Below the pieces are notes generated by a model, which made no database searches, was not told the DNA's origin, and was given only the letters and a program-made list of their open reading frames with translations. Both the position numbers and the translations under genes were made by a program. This document shows positions 23,501-35,500 of a DNA stretch of 64,000 bases, piece by piece (the first letter of the stretch is position 1; each line of letters opens with the position of its first letter). Origin of the DNA: Balanoglossus misakiensis (Eukaryota; Animalia; Hemichordata); NCBI GenBank assembly GCA_040954595.2, contig CM082576.2, positions 17,407,028-17,471,027 of the forward strand, in the 5' to 3' direction.

Positions 23501-26500
23501 GTTTCAATATACTGGCATAATATAATAGCAATAAAACACCCCCAGCCATGGTATACCACTCGATTTTGACCAGTTCAACTCCATATACGCACTCGCTATC
23601 GCTCGTGCGTATATGTCGTGAACTGGTCAAAATCTCGTGATATACCATGGCTGGGGGTGTTTTATTGCTTAATTTTAGCATCGCTGGATTGAGCTCTCGT
23701 CCAATCAGAATTGCGGACGGTAGCATGATATAATATATTATATTATACCAGTATATTGATGGTGTAAATCACGCTATTTGATTGGTCGAGACACGACACG
23801 TGACCGTGATATATTAGCCATATACCACAGTCATATATCATAGTCAAAGAAAATGCCTTTTTAAAATGTTTTATGCAAAGTTTCAATATACTGGCATAAT
23901 ATAATAGCAATAAAACACCCCCAGCCATGGTATACCACTCGATTTTGACCAGTTCAACTCCATATACGCACTCGCTATCGCTCGTGCGTATATGTCGTGA
24001 ACTGGTCAAAATCTCGTGGTATACCATGGCTGGGGGTGTTTTATTGCTTAAATAGAGCATAATGCACTGTTATATTTGCCCCTGAATATGAATTAATGTA
24101 CAAGTTGAATGAGTAATCAAAAACAGGGAAGGCAATATTTAGATATTATGAAAAACATTTCTGGTACTTCAAAATAACATTTGTTTGACAATGTGACGTG
24201 GAAGTTAATTTTGCGATTGTCTTCATATTTGGAGTATGCGAGTATTTCTGGAGAGAGTTAAAATGCCAATTCTGGGGCCTATTTCATTTAACCACTGTTA
24301 CAACAAGAAAACACTGTTCTTTGAACATGGCCATTCAAATTAATTGTAATGTCTAGAAAGTAATGAAATGAAATTGATATAATATATTAGCAATAACCCC
24401 CCGTGGAGGGTGGGTCTACCACATTTCCACATTTCCCTTCATATATGCACTCGCCTGCAGCTCGTGCATATATGTCTCGAATTGTGCTATATCTAGTGGT
24501 ATACCTGCCCCCGCGCCGAGGGATATTATTACTTAAATACTTTATTTTCACTGGAATTTATTTTGCTGTAAATATAAATTTTGAATAATACTTCTATTTT
24601 ATTTTCACTATTTCATGTTAACTTTATAATGTGAAAAGAATAGGAAATAGGAATTTTCACTGGGATTTCATTTTAGTCCCAATTAATGTTTATTGAAGTG
24701 TTTGCATATACACAGAGGTCGGGTGATGATACTGCGTGCGTGTATTTTTGACGCACTAATTGAAAAAATAGCACCAAACTGAGAAAATTACGTGTCAAAA
24801 TTGATTGATCACTTCATGTATTCAAACTGCAAGCTGCAAACCAATAGGCAGTCTTTTTGGTGACATGCTTTTGTGTGTGGAACAGTATTGTGTGGGGCGA
24901 CTATTTTTTTCATATACACTATCGAAACAAATGAAAATTGACTGCCTCATGTAAAAGTAACATTATATGAATTGACACACCGGAGAGGTGAGCAAATCCA
25001 GTGGTCTCAGGTCTGACTCTGAGACCATCCATTTTGTTGCCACGTTTTTACTCTGTCTGGTTTAAAGGGTTTTAAAAAAATCGTAACCTCTATACATGCT
25101 AGTGTGTACACAATATTGCCAGGCATGCTTTTATTCTAGGGTCATGTTTGGTGTCAGGTGACTTTCACTGTTCCTGACAGCATCATCCATGCAATATGGT
25201 CTGTAGGGGGTACCTCAGGTATTATTCAAATGACTCGTAATTGGATGCCCACTGTAAACTCATTATATTGAATAGAGCTCGAGGTCACAGTACACTGTAT
25301 AGTGGTTGTCGAGGGGTTTCACAAAAATTACGAGTAGGCAGCTAAATTTGGGAAGTAGGTGGCTGGTGGCAAGCTGAAGAAACCATCAGGGTGGGGTTTG
25401 GGGGATGGAGGGGGTGGTTGTCTCACTAGGTGGCGAAAGGCTGAAGCTATTTAGGTTTTGCAGAACACAAACGCATTCTCTGCATTAAAAATCCTAAATT
25501 GAAGTGGTATAATTCCTGCCCACACTTCCCCATCTGCAGCCAGGCTCATAGACTGTCGACAGTCCCTCGCGCCTAATGTGTATCGATTCGGCGTTTCGTG
25601 CGAGGGCCGAAGGCCCGATTCGGCGTTTCGTGGTGCGAGGGCCGTAAGGCCCAAGGGACTGTTATAGCTTGCAAGCCTTGCCTTGATATTAATTATGCAT
25701 GCAGAAAATGACGTACTAAAATTTGCATATAGGGGCGTAAATTAAGGTCACCGTGTTCATGAGTTTATGACGTATATTAACTGTCAATCATTTTACAGGG
25801 GCATTTTCCCACAGTGCCCGTGTGAGGGCGAAACAAGGTATAACAGTCCCTCGGGCCACGCCCATGCCCGAGGCCTTACGGCCATCGCACCACGAAACGC
25901 CGAATCAGGCCTTCGGCCCTCAAAAGATACGGGCCTTACGGGCCTCGCACGAAACGCCGAATCGATACACATTAGGCTCGAGGGACTGTCGACAGTCTAC
26001 CAGGCTCACTGCTCAATTGTTTTAGTGATCTCAGAATGAATGACTGTATTGGATGACTTTTTTTGTCATCTGTGTTACTGGTCTTATATTATTTGGAAAG
26101 TAAAATAAGTTTCAATCTGTGTGGCATTAATATAGAAGCTGTTTACCTTTAATAAAAAGACTATCTGCCATGAAGATACCACAGACGTTTGATCTTGATG
26201 TTGAAATAATAATTTACAATCATGTTTCTCTGTTTTAGACAGAAAGAAATCAACAGTCTCTTCATATCTGATGACTTTCATTTCGAAAGTAAGAAAACAA
26301 TTAGGTCAGGGTCTGGGGAAACAAATACAGTGTTGATAATTCCCCCCACCCCTGGTCAGGCTGCCCCCCAAAAGAACTCCAAACAAAACAAACAACAAAA
26401 TCTGGCAAGGGGGACAATCACCCTTGCTACTGTCATTCTCGATGGAACACTTTGTCTGTATTGTTATTATTATTATTTCATCTTTATTTCAGATTATAAA

Positions 26501-29500
26501 ATAATCCATAGCAAAACAAAATCGTCTACTCCAAATCTTCCAAAGTCCACTATTTGAGAACACTGATAGTGATAAAACACTGGCTACAAGTGGATTACTT
26601 GAGAGGTGGAGTCTGCTTAAAAAGCTGAATGATTTTTTCCGGAGTATTTCATCAAAAGTTAAAATAGAAAGATTAACAAACATCGCACTGTTGCTCTGAA
26701 TAAAAGAATGTTTAAAACCAGACAATTTACGGAAAACCCGGGAGTAAGCTCTCCTAACTGCATTAAATATACACACAGAAAAAGCACTCCATAAGTAAGA
26801 GCAATACGGGATATCACAAAATACAGAAAACAAATGACATTTAACAGAGATAGACGCAAATTTAAAATCACGAATAATCGCATTACCGCGAACATAAAAT
26901 TGTTGCGTTTGAGCTAGAATGTCCTCATTATCCCTAAGGTCACAAGTGATAAGGTGACCAAGATATTAATAAGCATTGACATAATTCAGCATTCGTTCAG
27001 ATAAATTGGAACGTGTCTGAGCCTGCGCATACTTGGCTGAATTAACATACATACTGTTTTTTTCTCATTGAAGAAAATTGAGTTAATGCTGCCATAATGA
27101 CCACAAGTATCAACAAGCATCTGCTGGCCATAGGCTCCAGTAGATATAATAACCAAATCATCAGCGTAAATTAAATGATTAACCTTATAGTCCCCTACAA
27201 GGCAGCCATACGGAAGAGCGGAAAGATTTTTGCTGATATCATCCAAGTAGACTGTGAAAAATATAGGTGACGTAATTCCCCCCTGTTTAACCCCATTCTT
27301 TGAGTGAAAAGGTTTAGATAACAACCCATTCCATCTCACCACAAAATCTTGGTGCCTATACATGTATGACAAAATCTTAATGAGATAAGGATTGACACCC
27401 CTCGCCAAAAGTTTTACAAAGAGAATATCATGACGAACATAATCAAAAGCTTTGGATGCATCCATAAAAGTGACAAAAACAGGAGTGTTACAACGCTTGT
27501 AATAATTCAAAATTTCTTTAAGAACAAAAATTGACATATCGGTACCATGGCCTGGTTTAAATCCAAACTGGTGCTCGCTAGTCGTTAGACAATCCATGCA
27601 GCGATTTAACCAAACGTTCTCTAACAGTTTAGATATCGTTGTTGCAACAGCAACAGGACGGTAGTTCGATTTGTCACAAATGTAACCACCTGGGTTTTTG
27701 GAAGGGGAACCAAAACCGTAGTCATCAATTGTTTGGGAACATTGCCATGAATTAACATAGCCGTGAAACAGAGTGAAAGTAGAACACTGACTCTGTATGG
27801 CGCATACTTCAGGTGCTCAGGTGACACCATGTCGATACCCGACGATGCACCTGTCTTAAGGTTCTTAATTAATTCACAAATTTCTTCATGGTGTACAATC
27901 ATGTCATCACAGTACTCAATGTTCATAAAATCAGGTGCAGACTCTTTTCCAGTTTTTGTCAAAATATTCTCGTAATGGTCTTTCCACATATTAACCACTT
28001 CAACATCACCTGTATGACCATCAATAGATGATGGAGATATTGATCTACCTTTCCGTTTACTGACATCTTTCCAGTACGCCTTGGAGTCTTTCTTTAATTT
28101 TACAGCCAGGGCATTTGCGAGCATTTCTTTTTCTGCCTTCTTACAATTTGCTAACTGCTTTTTAAATTGAGCTCTGGATCTGCGCATAAGTTCAAAGAAG
28201 GGACCAAATTTAGGGGAGCCATTATCCTTCCAGATTAAAAAATCAGTGTGAGCTTTGTCATAATAATCTTTGACTAGAGCATTCCAACCAGGAATTGCAT
28301 GCTTATTTGAGTGTGTAATTTTAGGAAGAGTCCTATCCGCTGCGATTAATAGTACAGAAATAATATCATTGTAAAAAGTGTCAATCGACTCTGAATGTAT
28401 ACAGCAGTCTGGATCAGTACATGCCAGTGCTTCAACAGGAATATAAACTTCAGATAAAAGTCTATCACAATACACTTTATAGTTTTCAAGTTGACAAGAG
28501 GACGCTTTGTTCCAACTAGGACTATGTATTTCAGCTGGTGGCGAAATACTAATCCTTGGTAGCAAATGAGTCTTCAAAGTGAACATTACAGGGAAGTGAT
28601 CAGATGAAATGATATCATAGTTTACCTTAACAGAATCAACTATAGTATCAGACGATGATGAGCATATAATGTGATCAAGCCAACTTCTGGCTGAACACGA
28701 ATCACTTAAATATGTAAACGTTTCCTTGTTATCCTAGGACTAGTGACGTGAGGCAGTCAGTTCCGGATGATCGATGTGGTGTGGGTGTAGAAGGTGTATA
28801 TCCAATGGGTAAACATCCAGTGTTGACAAGAGGCAGCATTTGGGGAAATTTTTCTTGGTTCACAGACGAAAAGTTACATGACTGATAAGACAGTGTTGTG
28901 TTTTCATGTATCGACAGCCAAACAGAAAAATGTGCTGCGACAGACAGATAGTGATGTAATGTCGACGTCTTGTCATTATCTTGTAACTGTATTGACCAGC
29001 AGAGGGCAGGACTGAGCACATGGCCTGTTCCAAGTACATTCCATTACCCCATAGTTTTCTACTATTCACTGACAGTACAATGAAGAAGTATACTATGTAG
29101 GGTGGGCACCGTGAACTTGGGCGACTTTTGCCCCACAAACCTATTCGAAGGGGTGCATCAAGTGCAAATGCAATGTGCAATACAGCCCTTGTGGTTTTGT
29201 GTTGGAGATTGATCAGCATTAGTCCAAACATAACTGATAGATGTCACACTTGACTGGCACATTTTTGATCAGATCAAGTAGTAGCAAAATGTCCTTTTTT
29301 TCTTGACAGGAATATTGCTGTGGTGGTGGGGGCAGTAATGGATGTTGTAGAAATGACAGTAGTGTGGTACAGGAGAAAGTGGTAAGAAAATTTAGATTAA
29401 TAAATAAATAAAAAACATGATATTGAGGATAATTATCGTCCTTTGCAGCCTGCATAGGGGATGGTGGTATCTGACCTTGATATTGATGATGAGTTGGGGG

Positions 29501-32500
29501 AGGATACAAACCTTAGTACCGTATATCCAGAATTTTTCTCAATTACACATTGCCATTTCTTTGTTACATTTATGATTTACTGGTACACCACAAAATTCAT
29601 TAATATTTCACAGTTACTTTAGAAGAAAAATACCTGTTAAAAACTTTTGTGTTTATTGTCCTCTTACTGTAAAATATGACAAAGGAACTTGCCCTTATTA
29701 TGCAAATGTATGAGGTTAAAGTCATTTCACGTTTAAGTTACATGTAGTTTTAAATTAGTTTTCAGTCAGCTCTACAGTATTGTGTAGTCACTGCCATTGC
29801 GATGTTTTGCCCTCCAGTGATTGTGGTCTGTTGTTACCATTCACAATTCTTTCTTCTTTACCTGAAGTTGTCAACCGAGTTGTTCAACCCAGGTGATTTC
29901 ATGCCTTTTGACCCTTCACAAGAACCCATATTTCCACCTGAGCTCATGGTAAGTTTAAACAATTATATGGTTATTCTGCTTTCTTTTTGAACATTATTTG
30001 TGGGAGTTACAAACAATACCTTTTGTCAGCTTTACTTTTGTTCATTTATGTATGTCTGTTTTCTCAGTGTTCATCTGTCTGTAAGCAAATCTTTCAAATT
30101 GTAACTTTAAAAAAACTACCAAAATACATGATGTAATACTATATAAAGTACTTTCATGTAAAGATGTGTTTCAATTTGCATGGGTGTTGCTTACAAGATG
30201 ATGAAGATAGGCGACACCTCTCTTTATTTGTAGGGATCTAGGGTTGCCCCTGTGATGTACCAAATGTATTATGAAAAGTAACAGTATTATTATTTAGGGG
30301 CCATTTTTCCATTGATGTTAAAAAAATTAAGTTTGATATCCGCTGGCCTGATTGCTTTGAAATTTGGGTTGCATGGTCCTTTCTGTGCCTAAATAACGAT
30401 GTGCTAAAATTGTTTTGAAACTATCAGTGTAGTTTTGGACATTTTAGCCAGTTTTGGTCAAAAACTGACTTCTCAGAACTAGGTGTCTTCATTATTATGA
30501 TGTGCCAGAACTATAGTGATATATATTGGTATTAAGGAAAAATGTTGGTCTGTCAGTGAACTAAACTTTTTTATGAAATTGATTAAAGTTAGTCTATAAT
30601 GTGTTAGCATTTATCTCCAAATTTTGGTGATCTTTGGCCTACCTTTTTTAGGTCTGGGCTTTTATTGTAAATTGACCCTATTTATATGAGTCAGTTAGGG
30701 ACCACAATTTGCTGACACACTTTGAGGTACTCAAGTGTATTAGGGTAAAGTGCTACAAATTTATCTCAAAATTAAATGTAATGCCAATTTGATGAAATTT
30801 GGTAGATTCATTCTATAATATTATACCTCTTGAAATATGAAATAAAAAATAAGGGTCACCTCGTCCATTTCCATGGAAATGGACCATAAAAAGAACTCTC
30901 TAAGGACCTGCAAAAATGTCCATTTTTAAAGAAGTCCATTTTAAAAGTGTAAAATATGCACAATCTTCGGTACTTTAAAAAAACAATATAGAGAATGGAT
31001 ACTTTAAAATACTTGCCCTTCTCAGATTTTTGACTGTCAATCAAAGAACAAAAAATAAATTGATATGGAGAAAATGAGGATTTGAGGAAACAAAGATATT
31101 CATTACCTATTTGCATATTCATGAGAAAGTTAATAAGATGCGCCCAAACATACTTCAGTACTCTTATATCTACCTTTCTATATCATCTAAATGATTTGAG
31201 AATATGGGTAAAATGTTTTCTAAATTTTTGATCCAACAATGATTATGTTATTGACAAGATAAACTTATTTCCACCAGAATACAGACAAATATCAAGGAAG
31301 AACAGTGAGGTTCTGTAATGAGAGAGTCAAGTGGATTAAACCAGCAACTTTGGATGAGTTATTGGATTTGAAATCTCAATATCCCAATGCCAAATTGGTT
31401 AATGGCAATACCGAACTAGGTAAGAAAGTCTTCCTCTGATGCCTAAAGGGAATCCCAACCTTACAACAAATATGGATGACAAACTGTTACAAGCAGTTGG
31501 CCCATTTCATCTAAAATGGATTTTATAGCTCGTGCATCTGGCCGCCTAAGTGTATAATGTGCACATGGTAAGGCAATGTGCACATTATTCTTCAGTATCA
31601 ATCATGTGATCTGGCCATGTGACCCACTGCGTTGTCATTTCCAGATGACGGGCAAGCAATATTTCGGCATCCAGTAAAAGTTTTTCCGAGTATGTTTTTA
31701 ATTTAAAAGCATCAGACATGTAACATGTATCAGGCATGGTGCCTCATCAGGCTCAGGGCGTTTCGTCTGCAAAGTCTTTGTCCGGACCCTGTTGTTGAAG
31801 ATGCCCGTCATCAATTTGAATGCCAACGTAACTGCCGCGTGCGCGTCTGACGTCATTTGATATCGAAGAATACTGCCAGGCATCTTTGGTAGAAACATTG
31901 ACATGCCCACATGTTTGGATAATTCTCATTCACTATGACGTCCTCCATGTATCTTATCCATCTGAGTCCATGTTAATGACTGTGGTTTATTTTGATGATA
32001 TAGGCGTTGAAGTTAAATTCAAGAACCAATATTACCCAGTCTATTTAATGCCATCCTGTGTGCCTGAAATGAAAAGAATTGAAGTCAAGACTGATGGTGT
32101 TACTTTTGGTGCTGCAGTCTCACTTACCAAAATTGATCAAGTCCTCAAAGAAGAGATAGAAAGATTACCAGGTCAGTGTTGTATACAAGCACTTTTTTGA
32201 TGAGCTCTGCTTTCAGTACAGCTTATCAGGGTGATTGTCTGTCATCAATCCGCTCTGCGCTATCTGTTGTCTGTCATCACTTGGTAAAAAATCTTATTCT
32301 CTTTAACTAATGTTACAATTATTGAGGCATTAAAGCTCCCCGGTGGTGGTGGGTTTTGTCTTGAAATTTAAAGACAGGGTCCTTGATGCTGTTTGTAAGG
32401 TTTTTGAGCTACATGTATATATTGTCCGGGAAAGTAAGTTTAGTTCTGTGTTGCATTCTCACCTTACAGAGAGCACTTAATAATTAGGTTCTAGATCACC

Positions 32501-35500
32501 TGGCATGAGGTAGAAATGTTGGACCAATTTTTATGGCAATGTGAGAGACACAGCAGCTGAAAGAGTCCTCGAAAGAGAATGAATATTAACGTGGAGAACA
32601 TTTATTGTATTGCAGAGATTAATTTAAGTGGAAACTTCATAAGTTCTCTGGATTGATTTTTCATGTTATACTCATTGAGTTTATTTTCACTCCACCATTT
32701 CATTGAATCCGAACAAATTTAAAAAATCAGAACATTTTTTTTACTGCATTTCAGAATATAAAACACAAATGTTTTCTGCGATAGTGGAAATGCTGCGGTG
32801 GTTTGCTGGTCATCAAATTCGAAATGTTTCTGTAAGTATGTCACATTAAATTTTAATTTTCATACATGCAACACCTGTATTCGCCACAATGAAGATATGA
32901 GCCTGTATTTTCACTAGTGAAAATACAGAAACAGATTTTCAATGTGTATCAGGAATTATTTTTGAGGACATCCAAAATCACCACACTAACAATGTTGAAC
33001 TGAACTGATTCAACAGTAATATGGAAATCAGATGCAATTTTGTTGGGTTATATTATGTTTTAAATTTGTCTGATATATTAAATTAATATTTATGATCTTT
33101 ACCATAGGCTGTTGGTGGTAATATAATGACAGCAAGCCCTATCTCTGATCTCAACCCACTTTTTGTAGCTGCTGCTTGTAAGCTCACACTGGCATCCAAA
33201 TGTAAGTTCATGTGATCTTGAATTCTCTTACCATGGCTCCCACTTCACTTTTCATTATGCATTGCAAGTAGGGGGACTTGCGCTCCGTTCATTTAGCCTT
33301 GCATTATTACACCAATTTCATTCAAATGTGCAGTCACCATATACAGTGTTCATCATAATGGCTTTACCCAGCCAATCTCACCCTGCTTTCTTTTCTGCCA
33401 CTCTCCTTTTTAGTATGACAATATCACAAATGTTTCTTTTTACTGGGCAGGGTTCAAAATTGTAGGGAATATTGTACATTATATTACCATGACCTGTGCG
33501 TCGCATTTTAATTGGTTGAGATGAACGTCGTCACTGACCACAAATACTCAGTAATGGTTTGTTTACATGCCCGTAAATCTGAATAGTAATATTAGAAAAC
33601 AGTTCAGTGAATACAACATTTTGCGTAACACAAGTTCCGGGGCCCCCTAGTCTTTTACGTGGGACATTTTCGTAAATTTTGACGGTTTTCTTGAGTTCGT
33701 TGGCAATAAAATGGAAATAACTGACTCCGCCCTGACCATTAACGTTTGTTTATTGGGATCGGGCTCGAAGAAAGCCAAAATTCATGGGCTCGGAAGCCTC
33801 GCCCGTGAATTTTTTGGCTTTCCCCTCGCCCTTGCCCATAAACAAACGTTAATGGTCAGGGCGTTGTCCATTATTTCTATAATATTCCATACAGAAACTA
33901 ATGACCAAACATAGTATTTGCCTGGTGGTATGACATCCACATGTACATTTTTTATTATTGTTCAATTCAATCTTTATCTACTCAACACATACCCTTTGGT
34001 TAATGCGGATTATTGTAGAAGTGTGCACATTCCTAGCCTATCGGATAGTATTGTTTCTGGCATTGAGTTCTTACGCAAATATACAAGCGTAGGTCTTTGA
34101 TAGACTCTCTCACGTCCCCGTTGGCCGTCCATGCAAGCTTATGGTCTGATTGCATGTGTGCCCGACAAGGTTCGCTACACAACACCATATGGGGCTTCTC
34201 CTTTGCTAAATGGTTGAGGGCGCGTCAGTGAAGAGCCTTGTAGCGAACAGTGGGCTGTGAGAAAGTCTAAGGTCTTTGATAAAACATCATGACATATGGG
34301 CCGCCGCAAGGGAAAAGGGCCCTTATGCATGGATTTTTCGATTTTTATTTTTTGTCATTTTTTGATAGTACCTGTGCTCCTCTTTTCATATGTGTGCCGC
34401 TCACTATGAACTTACACCTGGAAATGGCATTTGTGGCCCATTGAATGTGACATATGACCTTTGACCTCAGCCCACAAATAAAATTCACTGTTTTTGTCGC
34501 CTATTCAAATGCAAATTACTAAAAATGACGTACACTTGCATAAGGGCCCTTTTCCCTTGCGGCGGCCCATATAGTTTTTGTGCACTTTGTACAGTCAAAG
34601 TATGCAACTGCACCGATAGTTTTTAGTGTGTTAACAGAAATTTTACCAGGTTCACACACACAAACGATTTGAGACACTATAGTGCCTTTCACACATGCAC
34701 ACTTTCTACAATATTAATTTGTAAGTGCCACGTGTGAAAAGGTGAGAGCGGCCCTGCGCCGCTCTTTTCTGGGACGGTGTTGAGGGGTGGGACCTGGGTC
34801 GGGGCGCCGCACTAAACAGCGATTCAAATCACGTGTGAACAGAAACACCGTACTAAACGCCGATCTAAACGCACTCTGCCGATGCGGTTTGTCTCATTAA
34901 GCGCCGCATTAAGCGTTGAGGTTCACTTTACTAAAACAATGGCCGAAGCAGTGTCTCGAGGCAACAATTGGAGTGACGCGGAAATGGCCAAGGCACATAC
35001 ACAGGAATTGCAAACTCGACCTCCGACGACGATTTTGTAGCATGGACTGCAGTCTTCCAATCGCAACCTCCAATGAAAGGTTACCATAAACGGGTATCGG
35101 GTCATTCAAATGCCCATGAAATCGGCGTCGACGACATTTAAAAAGCAAATTCAAGAGTACCATATACAGTAAACACATTACTGGATCCGCCATTGTGACG
35201 CTGCTGTGGACGCGCGTAGAGGGCGATGACCCCGTCCCTTTTATACACATGTGAATGCAAAACTGTTTGAGTTGCTGATACGAAATGTTTACCAACTTTT
35301 ATAATCCCAAAAAGGGCGCCCTAACCATGGCACGTGTGCAAGCGGCTTATGGTAAACACAGAGCATTAATCCTTTGAGTCGCGTTGTGTCCACACACACA
35401 CAAAGTTTGTGTATAGGCACTAAGGCTCAGTCCCCTAATAGACAATAGGTTGCGGAGAGGTGTAAATCCTTACACCAGCTCAGGTCTGGCCGGAAAAGCC

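Noticed and set aside
7066-24060. Repeated [16 protein letters not shown]...YTINILV (4 copies) as a small protein family
   Set aside because: It is a reading of the palindromic family A element. It is open on both strands because of the palindrome and has no domain or splice support.
31720-31795. Hammerhead-like motifs on the minus strand (GACGAAAC...CTGATGAGGCACCATGCC)
   Set aside because: The core is broken (TGATAC instead of GAAAC after stem II, first copy lacks CTGA) and there is no stem I. At most a decayed Penelope-type relic.
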